Assembly: GCF_006345805.1 (NCBI RefSeq)
Contig: NC_043022.1
Location: 22,816,001-22,880,000 of the forward strand
Source of the DNA: Octopus sinensis
Lineage: Eukaryota
Direction of reading: 5' to 3'
DNA: 64,000 nucleotides
Numbering within the stretch: the stretch's first letter is position 1; each line of letters opens with the position of its first letter. A program made the position numbers and the translations under genes. Shown in pieces: positions 1 to 13,254 of the stretch. Under the pieces are notes generated by a model. That model saw only the letters and a list, made by a program, of their open reading frames with translations. It made no database searches and was not told the DNA's origin.

Positions 1-359
1 GGAAACAATTATTCAAAAAACATTTATTTGAATGGAAAATTGTATGAATGAAATTTTATTCAAAAGGACAATTATATGAAATGTTAATTATTCTAAATTT
101 TTTTAATTTTATTTAAACAAAAATGATAAAATTAAAAATCAAGTACACAAATGATATTTATTTTGAATAACTGTTCTTAGAATAATTGTTTTCGAACAAT
201 TTTCATGATACTTGTTTACCTTAAACAATTCCCATGTTTCATATCATTTGATGTGGTTTGGCAAAAGCCTAGATTATACTAGAATGGTTTTAAGATATCT
301 GCCTGGATTCAAGATCTTTATTCCTTTCAGACCAATCCTACTGGTGGGGTAAAGCACTC

Positions 360-575
360 AAGGCGGTGCCACATAAAAGTGCCTGTGCAGAGCCACATAA
401 AAAGCACAGATGTGACAAAATGTAAAAGTGCCCATGCGATGACATGTAAACATATCCAGCACACACTGTAAAGTGGTCGTCATTAGGAAGGGCATCCAGC
501 TATAGAAACCATGCCAAATCAGACTGGAGTCTGGTGCAGCACCCCAGCTTGTCAGCTCTGGTCAAACCATCCAAC
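360..575 (+). mobile_element. RTE 3' UTR fragment
   Basis: Contains ATTAGGAAGGGCATCCAGCTATAGAAAC...AAATCAGACTGGAGTCTGGTGCAGC, matching 13100-13170. Confidence 0.7.
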
Positions 576-1454
576 TGTAAGTCTAACAGTATTTGGACTG
601 TTGGACTTATTTTTGCAATTTATCCAGTACAGCCATTAAAGAAGTAAATAGTATTTTCCTAAACATGTACAGATGCGTACACTCTCATCAATACACATGT
701 CCATGCAAAACTATATGAGCGTGTTTACACACCCACATATAGAATTATATACTTGCAAAGGCAGCCCCCTCCTTCTTCCTCCCTAACAACCTGAGTGACT
801 TCTAATTGTGACATGGTCTATTTCCTGTCCTCCACGTGGTCAATTTCCTATTCGCCTATCGGTATTTTCCAACTAACTGTTACTGATATACCAACACCAA
901 AACAGGTCACCGCATGACCTTCCTTGACCAATCGCAGCCCACCTTATGGTAATAACAATCAACTTCTGTCATTCAAATTGAAAATGGCTGAAGACTAGCA
1001 TCACACATGAAACTCAAGAGTACCAACGAATTTGAATCAAACTGTTTGATCCATAGATGTAACTCCCAATAAATTGGTTGAGTGCCTTTCTTTCATTTCT
1101 CCACACACTCGTGTATGTGTGTGTGTGGAGAGAGAGAGATTTGGTGATGCAAACAGGAAAAATATGTATTTGCCTATTGAATGGTATAAAGGGCAAACTA
1201 TTCGAAAAATATGAATTATCCACGTGACATTGTAGTTGTTTTTATGATTTGTTGCAGAACTAGCCAGGGAAATACTGTTATCACTGATATATAAATTGGC
1301 AACTCCTTGGTCTGTAACTCATTTGGTAAGCGCTGACACACAACATTCTTGGCCTTTGAGTCACTCTATTAATAGATAGATAGATAGATAGATGGAAAGA
1401 TGGATAGATGGAAAGATAGGTATCTATTTATCTATCTATCTATCTATCTATCTA

Positions 1455-2022
1455 TCATCATCATCATCGTTTAACATCCGTTTTCCATGCTAGCATGGGT
1501 TGGACGATTTTGACTGAGGGCTGGTGAACCAGATGGCTGCACCAGGCTCTAATCTTGATCTGGCAAAGTTTCTACAGCTGGATGCCCTTCCTAACGCCAA
1601 CCATTCCAAGAGTGTAGTGGGTGCTTTTACGTGCCACTGGCATGAGGGCCAGTCAGGTGGTACTGGCAACGGCCACGCTAAAATGGTTTTTTTTACATGC
1701 CACCTTAACAGGAGCCAGTCCAGTGGCACTGGCAATGATCACGCTCGAATGGTGCCTTTTACGTGCCACCGTCTTGGAAGCCAGTTAGCTGCTCTGGCAA
1801 CAATCATGCTCGGATGGTGCTCTTGGCACCCTACTAGCATGGGCACAAGTGCCAGTAAGGCGACGCTGGTAACGATCACACTCAAATGGTGCCTTTTATG
1901 TGCCACTGGCATGGAAGCCGGTTAGCTGCTCTATCAACGATCACACTCGTATGGTGCTCTTTGCACCTCGCTAGCACGGATGCCAGTCATCGAATTTGAT
2001 TTTGATTTCGATTTCACTTGCC
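1455..2022 (-). mobile_element. 5'-truncated RTE 3' end
   Basis: Reverse complement of the 3' UTR at 12700-13250, with a (CAT)n tail on the left and several 67-bp-type units. Confidence 0.8.
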
Positions 2023-2024
2023 TC

Positions 2025-2237
2025 TACATATAAAAGGGATGACCTGTAAGTGGACATTCATTATGCTAGAAGAAGATCCGCTATGGTCTTCCCACTAAGG
2101 AAGGAATGTTCTCAATAAAAAATAAAGCCAGGCGTTTGCTAAATTTTTCTTGAGAACATTCCTTTCTTAGTGGTAAGACCATAGAGGATCTTCTAGCATA
2201 ATGGATGTCCACTTGGAGGTCATCGCTTTTATATGTA
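2025..2237. repeat. Inverted repeat / MITE-like hairpin, ~95-bp arms
   Basis: TACATATAAAAGGGATGACC... pairs with ...GGTCATCGCTTTTATATGTA. Confidence 0.85.
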
Positions 2238-3000
2238 TGTAATATAATTTTTTTCTGAAATTTCAGATTTTTAAATATGCTAGACCACTGGTTTTAAATT
2301 GATGTTAATCAAATTAATATTCAATTTTTCACCCTTATTATTTTTAATTTAAATATCAATCTAAGACAGACAGACAGACAGACAGATAGATTGATAGACA
2401 GACAAATAGATTTATCTGTCTATGCTTCTATATATAAATAAGTGTAGATGGGTAGAGATATCTTTTGTCAAACTATACACATGCACACACATAAACAAAT
2501 GCATGGATTAAAATACATTTAGTCAGTATACAGTTCCCTCCCTTAGACCTCCTTATTCTACATACTTATGGCAACACGGAGCTTATCTAAGGATAGCCTT
2601 CGGAACTTCGAAAGACATTGGGGTTTTTTGAGGACAGCATTGAATCCCATCTTTTTCAAAAAGGCTAGCATTCCAATTCCACTTGGCAATAACTTTCTTT
2701 CACATTCGTTATTCTTTTGTTTCGCTGTCTCTAAGTTATATTCAAACACGAGTTTTGCTTTACATTAGAAAGCAACGCATAACCGCAGTATTGTGCTCTC
2801 CCCAGCTCCGATTTTGTTTCCGCGTAACTTTCTGACAACATTTTAATCTTTTAATCGTTTTAGTCAATGGACTGAGGCCATGCTGGGGCACCGCCTTTAG
2901 AGGCTTTATTCGAACAAATCGACCTTTTTGGTGGAGCACACATCTGTAGTTATGCCCGAACCAAGCAGACAAGTAACCATCACTATTCCAAAGACTTTTC

Positions 3001-3423
3001 GGTTTGAACGGCAGTTTTTAACATAATTTCTAGGTAACTAAGAAATTGTATATTTCGTATACTGGTAGACTGTGTTTATAAAACATCTTTTTCTCTTGGT
3101 TTTATTGAGAAAATTCTATAGTTGAGAAAATTCTATTTGTTGTTTTTTTCTTTCTGCAATTTTAACCAATCAATTACGTCCATTGAGGTAAAAACATTCT
3201 GTGCCGTATGAATATGTCCCTCGTTTAAGAAACAGATTGGGTTTATTTACATTTGTGAAGAAAAAAAGATATCCTTCCCCCCACCCCTAACCCTAACTGA
3301 TCCTAACTTACCCTAACCCTAAAACAGATTGAAATGCAAAAAATCGATACTAGGGTCATAATTATGGGTGACAATTTCATATGACACCGCTAGAAAAAAC
3401 TGCCGTTCATACCGAAAAGATCC
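3001..3423. mobile_element. Second copy of the Merlin-like MITE
   Basis: Collinear with 60999-61395. GACTTTTC at 2993-3000 and 3424-3431; the first 10 nt of the left TIR are missing. Confidence 0.8.
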
Positions 3424-3687
3424 GACTTTTCCAAAAACTTTTTACCAAACACCATGTGTGTGTGTGTGTTTATCTCCCATCACTGCTTGACGACCAGTGT
3501 TGGTATGTTTGCGTCCCTGTAACTTAGAGGTTCAGGAAAACAGACCGATAGAATAAGTACCAGGCTTTAAAAAAAGTACTGGAGTCAATTCATTCGACTA
3601 AAATTTCTTGAAGGTTGTGCTCCAGCGTGGCCGCAGTCTAACTATGTATGTATGTTTGTATCTAGCTACGTGTCTATGTATGAATGT

Positions 3688-3870
3688 GGCATGTAAAAAG
3701 CACCCACTACACTCATGGAGTAGTTGGCATTAGGAAGGGCATCCAGCTGTAGAAACACTGCCAGATCAGACTGGGCCTGGTGCAGCCTCCTGGCTTCCCA
3801 GACCCCAGTCGAACCGTCCAACCCATGCTAGCATGGAAAGCGGATGCTAAATGATGATGATGATGATGAA
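3688..3870 (+). mobile_element. RTE 3' end with (GAT)n tail
   Basis: Matches 13070-13250. Confidence 0.8.
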
Positions 3871-4037
3871 TGTACATATGTATGTATGTATCTATGAATG
3901 GATATGTATGTATTTATCATGAATGTATGAGTGTCTACATGTGTGTGTGTGTGTGTGTTATGTATCAATAAATGCATGTGTGTGTGTGTGAATTGATTAG
4001 TTATGATGGCAACTTTACATAACAGGCTGAGTGAAAG

Positions 4038-4072
<35 letters not shown>

Positions 4073-6165
4073 ATAAGAGAGTGAAAGACGATGTGTGTTC
4101 GTGTGTGGGGGTGGATGTGCATGTCTGTGTGTCTGTGAAAAATAGTGCGCATATATGTGTGTGTATGTGTATGCGTGAATGTGTATGAGAGAGAGAGAGA
4201 GAGAGAGAGAGGTAGAGAGAGAGCATCTCCCAGCTACTGTGTCCGTAAATCCATCACCAGTCACAACCAACTCCTCCAAGTCACGCTCTGTCAACTGACA
4301 TCTCTTCCCCTCTTGTGTCATTCTCCTGTTTATTCATTTACTTAAATATTTGTTTAAGGTCAAGACGTGTCAAGAGGTCAAGAGATTTACCACTGGGAAA
4401 ACATTCCAAAAGAGATCTTGCTACTTTAAGTGTCGAAAAATGTATCAACTTATATTTGTCTTTTCTTTAAAAAAAACAAACAAAATATCTTACTGCATAC
4501 AGTTTGTATTTAAACACATTAACATCATCATCATCATCACTACCACCACCACCACCATAGTAATAAACTTCCTCCTCCTCCACATCATCATCATTGTCAT
4601 CTTTATCATCTTCACCACCACCTCCTTATCCCTCTCCTCCACATCATCATCATTGTCATCTTTATCATCACCACCACCTCCTTATCCCCCTCCTTCTCTT
4701 CCTCTTCTTTCTCATCATCATCATTGTCAATACCACCACTGGCACTACTCTCCTTCCTCCATCATCATCACCCACCTTCCCATCACCACCATAATAATAA
4801 ACTTCCTCCTCCTCCACATCATCACCATCATCGTCATCTTTATCATCATCCTCACCACCACCACCACCTCCTTATCCCATCTCTTCCTTCTCCACCACCA
4901 CCACCACCATAGTAATAAACTTCCTCCTCCTCCACATCATCATCATCATCTTTATCATCATCACCACCACCACCTCCTTATCCTCTCCTCCTCATCATCA
5001 TTGTCACTACCACCACTGGCACTACTCTCCTTCTCTTCCTCCATCATCATCACCCTCCTCCTCCCCCTCACCACCATGATAATATACTTCCTCCCCCTCC
5101 ACATCATCATTGTCATCATTATCATCATCCTCACCACCACATCTCCTCCCCTCCTCCTCCAGACTCCAACCACCACCATCACAACTACAATAACAAACAA
5201 CAACTGACATGTATCTAATTTCTAAATATATTCATCTTAAGGTTCTTCTAGATCAGGCAAGGGCAACCCCCACCCAATCCCTTATATTTGATGCAGGCCA
5301 CATGAGACATGGTTTGTCAAGAAGAGGGCCACACTATATTAAAAAAAAAAAAAAAATTCAAGGTAATTTTTTTTTGGTGGTGTACCATCCAGTAAGTCCC
5401 ATGTGCCACAGCTTGCCCACAACTTGTCTAAAGAAACACGTACACAAACAACTTTCCACCAGTTTCAACATTTTATATTTCATTTCCACTCTTTTATTAA
5501 TCTATATATTTTTTTCACAACCATCGGAGTGTGAAGTGCTCCTCAAGAACGCACATTCATGAGACGGTTGTGATCTGTAAACAGTTTTGAGTAGGAGTTA
5601 GAAAAAGAAGTATGAACACCAAATGCGTATGTTCACACTGAATTTGTAAATAGGAAGAGGAGAATAAAACAAGTCAAGTGATGATCCGCATGCCACATCT
5701 GGCACCACTTCCATGCAGCTTTGCTGCAATTTCCTTGTTCTCATTATTTTTTTTTTATTCTTTTACTTGTTTCAGTCATTTGACTGCAGCCATACTGGAG
5801 CAACGCCTTTACTCAAACAAATCGATCCCAGAACTTACTCTTTGTAAGCCTAGTACTTATTTTATCGGTCTCTTTGCCGAACTGCTAAGTTACGGGGATG
5901 TAAACACACCAACATCGGTTGTCGAGTGATAGTGGGAGACAAACACAGACACATACTCACACAGGTGTCTTGCAGTAGAGGAGGTACAAAGGAAGAGAGA
6001 GAGGGGGGAGGGAGAGAGACTAGGAATGAAGATAGAAATAGGTGCGCTGCCATGAAGGAAATACATGGTTACCCAACCTGAGGGATGTGCAGGAGAAGGA
6101 GAGAGAAAGAGAGAGAGGAAGTCAGTAGGATAGAGATGGTGGCAAAGTACTATATATATATGTGT

Positions 6166-6267
<102 letters not shown>

Positions 6268-6286
6268 TATATATATATATATGTGT

Positions 6287-6522
6287 GTCACATAAAAAGC
6301 ACCAGCCGACCGTGGCCATTTGCCAATCCCCGTCTGGCACGTAAAAAGCACCTACTACACTCACGGAGTGGTTGGCGTTAGGAAGGGCATCCAACCGTAG
6401 AAACATTGCCAAATCAGACTGGGCCTGGTGCAGCCTTCTGGCTTCCCAGACCCCAGTTGAACCATCCAACCCATGCTAGCATGGAAAGCGGACGCTAAAT
6501 GATGATAATGATGATGATGATG
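6287..6522 (+). mobile_element. RTE 3' end inside an (AT)n tract
   Basis: Matches 13070-13250; AT/GT microsatellite on both sides. Confidence 0.8.
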
Positions 6523-6673
6523 TGTGTGCGTGTGTGTATATATATATATATATGTATATATGTGTATGTGCATTTTCACTTATTTTTCTTCTTACGTTCC
6601 CCTTACATTTCCACGTATAGTTTCTATTTTCTTTTTGTAACATATTTCTAATATATATATATATATATATATG

Positions 6674-7510
6674 CAGGGTGCAGTGAATAAACTGTTGTCT
6701 AAATTACACAAAAATGAAAATAACACTGACATCTCATTTTAACAGATATATTTACCAAAATTACATAAAAAAATCTTGAAATACTAAAGAGTAAATTTAT
6801 TCAATAAAATCACCATTGGTTTCAACCATGGCCTCTAGAAGACTTTGGGATTTCCTGCAACTCTTTCTAGATGGTCTTCTTGTTTAAGTTGGTGAATGCT
6901 GCTATAATCCTTGCCTTCAATTCATCTTTGGTGTTACAAAGTGTTTTGTTGGTCTCTCACTCAACTGTGTCCCACACAAGGGGGCTGCAATCTGGGGAGC
7001 TAGGTAGCCAGATGTTAAGAGTGGTGTGGTCACAGAAATTGTGAGACAGCCATGACTGGGTTCTCTTGCTTGTATGGCATGGTGCAGAATCCTGTTGCCA
7101 GACACAGTGTCTTCCAGCAGCCATCATCTTCTTCCAGGGCAGCATTACCTCCTCCAGGCAATTGATGTAGGCCTCTGTGTTGAGTCTGAGGCCGTGTGGG
7201 AAGATGAATGGAGGCATACTGTCGCTATCACTAGTGATCACTCCAAACACCATGATGTTGTCTGGATGATTGATTTTTACACCTAAACACTCTGAAATAT
7301 TAATTTTGAAGCTTCCGGCATGAATGCCAAGCAGTATAGCATGTCATTTCTAAATTTCTGGCAGAGTGAATTGCATCATGGTGCTGTTTTTCTCAAAGAC
7401 GGTGCCCAATTGACCCTACAATACTGTGTAGTTGACAAAATCAAAAGCAAGCAGTGCGCTTGTGCAAATTTTAAAATATAAAATGGCAACAATTTACCCG
7501 TCATGCCCTA
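6674..7510 (-). mobile_element. Degenerate, internally deleted Tc1/mariner element, maT (DD37D)-type
   Basis: Minus-strand VFGVITSD...WQQDSAPCHTSKRTQSWL...WLPSSPDCSPL. There are 37 residues from the QQD Asp to the expected third Asp, which is deleted. Decayed ~26-bp terminal inverted repeats (TIRs) at 6674 and 7485-7510, next to TA repeats. Confidence 0.8.
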
Positions 7511-7591
7511 TATATATATATATATATACACAGATATTCATATACATACATATGTATAAATATATATGTACATACACACATACATACATGA

Positions 7592-7652
<61 letters not shown>

Positions 7653-9396
7653 GATATTCATATTCATACATACACACACACATATATAAACATACATATA
7701 TACATATGTATAAATATATATATATATACACACACACACATATACATACATGCATACATACACAGACACACACACATATATACAGGTACATACGTAAACA
7801 CATTCATGTACATATTGATAATACGAAAGAGAGAGAGAGAGAGAGAGTGACACAGAGAAAGAGAGAAGATGAAGAATGGTAAAACAAAAAAGAAGACAAA
7901 AATACAAAAGAAAATGAGAAAGTCAGAAAGAATTTTAGAAAGGATCCAAGCAACAGAAGAGAATGGTGAGACAAACAAGAGATGGTAAAATCCTGAAAAA
8001 AAAAATGAAATCCAGAGAAGAAAGCAGAAACAAATCATATCTGCATCCATTGTAACGATTTTCACATTAAAACGAACCCCTTTTCCTTTATGTTCGTCAC
8101 AATTAAACTTTTCTTGCATCCCACCTCCAACCTTACCAACAGAACTACCATAACCACCACCACTGCCTACCATCACCACCACTGCCTACCATAACCACCA
8201 CCACCAACAACAACAGTAACAACAACAACAATAACACTGCCACCACCACCACAGAAAATGCCAGCATCAACATCACTATCACAACATCACTGTAACCACT
8301 GCCACTACTACAACAACCACCACCAACAACAACAACGACAACACCACCACTAGTACCACCACCACCACCCTCATCATACCAACACCACCACCACCACCAC
8401 AGAAAATGCCAACATCACTATCACAACATCACCGTAACCACTGCCACTACTACAACATCAACCACTACCACCACCTCCATCATAACCACTGCAACCACCA
8501 CCACAACTACCACCACCATAACTACCACCACCACCACCACCACTACCACCACATCCACTACCACCATCACCTCCACAGCCACCATAACCTTCATCACCAC
8601 CACCACAACAACAACAATAACCAGCACAACAACAGCAACCAACATCACCACAACAACCACTACCATCATCACTACAACTCCACCACCACAACAACAACAA
8701 CCACTACCACCACCACCACAGCCACTACCATCACCTTCACAGCCACCACCACCATCACCACCATAACAAAACCAAGCACCACTACATTAAGTGCAAACCC
8801 CAAAACCATCACCTCAACCAGCAATCCCTACTTCAGACCTTCTTCTCTTTCCAGAAAGATTTTCAAATGGCTATGACGTCACTAAACATTTTTCTTTCTC
8901 TTTTAAACACATTTACTCCCATAATGCCAACTTATCATCATGTGTTTGTGTGTGTGTATGTGTGTGTGTGTTTTTTATTACCCTGTTGAATGGTGATTTG
9001 TTGGGGGTTTTTTTTCTTAAAATCTTTATTTCTGTTTCTCTCGAGTATTTTGGAGAACATTTTAATGGTTTCTTCGTTTTCACATTAATTGCTGTTGTTT
9101 TCTCTAACTTTTTTCTTGTCTTCATAGAAATGTATTTTGCATAATTTTATTTCATATCATCTTTTAAATGTTTATATTCCTCTGTTGAATACATTTTTGC
9201 CTTTGTTATCTATCTATCTATCTATGTGTATCTATCTATTTATCTTGTATCTATCTTGGATCTATCTATTTATCTTGTATCTATCTTGTATCTATCTATC
9301 TATTTTGTATCTATCTTAGATCTATCTATCTATCTATCTATGTGTATCTATCTATTTATCTTGTATCTATCTTGGATCTATCTATCTATCTATCTA

Positions 9397-9463
<67 letters not shown>

Positions 9464-9510
9464 CATATCTATCTATCTTGTATCTAGCTATCTATCTATC
9501 TATCTATCTA

Positions 9511-9557
<47 letters not shown>

Positions 9558-10172
9558 TGTATCTATCTATGTACCTTGTATCTATCTATCTATCTGTCTG
9601 TTCATCTATCTATCTATTATCATTATCATCATCTAACATCTGTTTTCCATGCTGGCATGGGTAAGACAATTTGACAGGTGCTGACCAGCCAAGGAGCTGT
9701 CCAGATTCCAATTGTTTATTTTGGCCTGGTTTCTATGGCTGGATGCCCTTTCTAATGCTAACCACTTTACAGGGTGTACTGGGTGCTTTTTATATGCCAC
9801 CTGCAAAGGACATACCTGTATGCATGGATGACTGTGATTTTACTCACTTTGATGCGTCTTCTCAAGTACAGCAAATCACCACAACTTCTGGTTCCTTGTT
9901 ATATATATATAAAAATAATATTAATTTGAGGGAATTTTATTCCCAACTTACAGGGAAAAATTCAATTTAGAAATACTAAATCAAATTTCACAAAATATAA
10001 TATATATCTAAAAATTTTTAAAAACCACCTTTTATCAATTCAAAATGAACAATTATATTACACCATCTAGAAAATTACATATAATAGAAATATTAAATAT
10101 AAAATAACAATAATATACCAATGATTAAGTAATGTACAAAATAATAAAATAAAACGTTTATATTTGGTAGAA

Positions 10173-10277
10173 TAATTACACGTGTTTCATGGCTATATTT
10201 AAGAAATGATTATAGTAAAAAAAATTAATAGTAGTAGTAAAATCATTTCGATATAAATATAGCCACACATCAGGTTA
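10173..10277 (-). ncRNA. Type I hammerhead-like motif with A9U
   Basis: Minus strand: UAAC-CUGAUGU-GUGGCUAUAUUUA..UAAAUAUAGCCAU-GAAA-CACGUG-UA^AUUA; 13-bp stem II. Confidence 0.5.
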
Positions 10278-10384
10278 AAAATAAACTACAATAATAAAAT
10301 AATTAATTAATAAATATATGTAAATAATCTTTTAAAATATAAATATATTCTTTAAAATACATATATATATATATATATATACAT

Positions 10385-13250
10385 GAAACAAACCAATCCA
10401 GAAAAGAAGGATTTGGAAGCTAAAGAACCCTTCACATGGTCAGAGATTTAGGGACATCCTCATCAAGAATTTGATGAGAGGGAGGAGGAGCTTCAGACGT
10501 CGGACATAGAAGGTAGCTGGGAATTCCTACGGGACAGCTTGCTGAGTGCCACAGACCGAGTCTGTGGATGGTGCAAAGTCCCTTCCAGACCTAGAGTTAC
10601 ATGGTGGTGGAATAGTGCAGCAGACAAAGCCATTAGTGCAAAGAGACGGGCCTGGAAAGCCTGGAGGGATGGGGGTAGCAGGGAACTGTACCAGGTAGCC
10701 AAAAGGGAGGCTGGGCAGCAGGTATACATAGCCAAAGATGTAGCAGAAAAGAAGAAGTTTGCCAATGTCCAGCGACGTGAGGACCAAAGCGCTGAGGTAT
10801 TTCGGATTGCCAGACAGTGTGTGAGAGAAAATAGTGATGTTACAGGAGAGAAATGTGTCCGCATGGATGATGGGGCACTTGCTTTTACTGTTGGTGAAAA
10901 GAAAGAGGCTTGGAGAAGCCATTATGAAAGACTGCTGAATGAGGAGAATGAATGGGAGGAGGAGAGCCTGCCAAATGTTGACCCAGTAGAGGGACCAGCT
11001 ACCCGAATAGACAGCTCCCTTGTAGTTAAGGCAATTAAGGATATGAAACCAGGTAAAGCCCCCGGCCCATCAAGAATCACTGCTGAGATGCTTAAAACAG
11101 CTGGCTATGTGGGCTATGGCCTAGTCACCCGCATTGTAAACCAGGTAGTTCATAATGGAGTCATACCCAATGACTGGCGTAGCAGCACCATAGTCAACTG
11201 CTACAAAGGTAAGGGTGATGCTCTCGATAGAAATAACTACAGGGGTATTAAACTGTTGGATCAGGTGATGAAGGTCACAGGGAGGGTCATAACCCATCTC
11301 ATTAAGGAGAGAATTTGCTTAGATGAGATGCAGTTCGGTTTTGTGCAGGGTAGAAGCACCACTGATGCTATATTCCTGGTCCGACAACTGCAGGAGAAGT
11401 ACCTAGCTAAAGATAGACCCCTCTACATAGCTTTTGTGGACTTGGAGAAAGCCTTTGACAGGGTTCCCCGTTCCCTTACCTGGTGGTCGATGCGGAAACT
11501 GGAGATTGACGAATGGCTAATAAGGGCTGTACAGGCTCTATACAGAGAGGCTGTCAGCAAGGTTAGGATTGGCAACGAATATAGTGAAGAATTCCGGGTA
11601 AAAGTAGGTGTGCACCAAGGCTCAGCCCTCAGTCCCCTTTTATTCATCATAGTCCTCCAGGCAATAACAGAGGAATTCAAAACAGGATGCCCCTGGGAGC
11701 TCCTCTATGCTGATGACCTGGCTCTCATAGCAGAATCACTACCGGAACTAGAAAAGAAATTTTGGGTGTGGAAGCAAGGGTTAGAATCAAAGGGCCTTAG
11801 AGTAAATGTAGCAAAGACCAAAGTTATAGTAAGCAGAAAGGCGAACTCAGCACACACACCCTCGGGCAGGTGGCTCTGCTCGATCTGTAGGAAAGGTGTA
11901 GGTAGAAACTCCATAAGATGCACCCAATGTAAGCTATGGACGCATAAGAGGTGCAGCAACATTAAAGGGAAATTAACTGATAAGATAGCTTTCAGGTGCG
12001 GCAGATGCACAGGGACAATAGACACCACAGACACTCAGAAAACAGATTCCATCACACTCCAGGGGGAGAAACTAGAAGTAGTTGATAGTTTCCGCTACCT
12101 GGGTGACCAAGTTAGTAGTGGAGGTGGATGCACAGAGAGTATCACCACTAGAATATGAATAGCCTGGGCAAAGTTCAGAAAGCTCCTACCCATACTGGCG
12201 ACAAAGGGTCTCTCGCTCAGAGCGAAAGGTAGATTGTATGATGCATGTGTGCGAACTGCCATGCTTCACGGTAATGAAACATGGGCTGTGACTGCAGAGG
12301 ACATGCGTAGACTTGAAAGAAATGAAGCTAGCATGATCCGCTGGATGTGTAATGTCAGTGTGCACACACGACAGAGTGTAAGCACCCTGAGAGAAATGCT
12401 GGATATAAGAAGCATCAGATGTAGTGTGCAAGAGCGACGCTTGTGATGGTATGGTCATGTACTGCGGATGGATGAGGAGAGATGTGTGAAGAAGTGCCTC
12501 TCCCAAACAGTTGAAGGTATCAGGGGAAGAGGTAGACCCAGGAAGACATGGGATGAGGTAGTCAAGCATGACCTCAGAGCGTTGGGCCTCACTGAGGCAA
12601 TGGCGAAGGACCGAGATCTCTGGAGATATGCTGTGACTGCAAAGACCCGGGCTGCTTCCTGCATCAGTTCCGCATAGGCCCTGCCCATTCAAAGTACCCT
12701 GGATCCCAGAACGTCCTGCTGTGCTTGAGGAGACCTGTTGAGTCATGAACATGAACGTCGAAATAAATATCAATGGAAATAGTAGTCGTGATGCCTGTGC
12801 CGGTGGCACATAAAAAGCACCATCCGAACGTGGCCGTAGCCAGCGCCGACTCGACTGGCTTCTGTGCCGGTGGCACATAAAAAGCACCATCCGAACGTGG
12901 CCGATGCCAGCTCCGCCCCGACTGGCTTCTGTGCCGGTGACACATAAAAAGCACCATCCGAATGTTGCCAGCGCCGCCTTGGTTGGCTTCCATGCCACAG
13001 GCACGTTAAAAGCTCCAACCGATCATGGACGATGCCGGACGCCCCCCCCCTGGCACCTGTGCAGGTGGCACATAAAAAGCACCCACTACACTCGCGGAGT
13101 GGTTGGCGTTAGGAAGGGCATCCAGCTGTAGAAACTCTGCCAGATCAGACTGGAGCCTGGAGCAGCCCCTGGCTTCCCAGACCCCGGTCGAACCGTCCAA
13201 CCCGTGCTAGCACGGAAAACGGACGTTAAATGATGATGATGATGATGATG
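10385..13250 (+). mobile_element. RTE-clade LINE, 5'-truncated (no endonuclease), with RT ORF, long 3' UTR and (GAT)n tail
   Basis: One frame 10539-12677 has RT motifs (KAPGPS, NYRGIKLL, QFGF, FVDLEKAFD, HQGSALSPLLF, YADD, FRYLG) and the RTE C-terminus (WYGHV, GRGRPRKTW), broken only by TGA at 12156 and 12444. The 3' UTR carries 67-bp repeats and ends GGACGTTAAA(TGA)n. Confidence 0.93.
12797..13060 (+). repeat. 67-bp tandem repeat in the RTE 3' UTR (about 4 units)
   Basis: GTGCCGGTG(G/A)CACATAAAAAGCAC starts at 12797, 12864 and 12931, followed by a diverged unit. Confidence 0.85.
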
Positions 13251-13254
13251 ATAT

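Noticed and set aside
3285-3322. Telomere or chromosome-fusion relic
   Set aside because: The few CCCTAA units are internal to a MITE present twice in the window.
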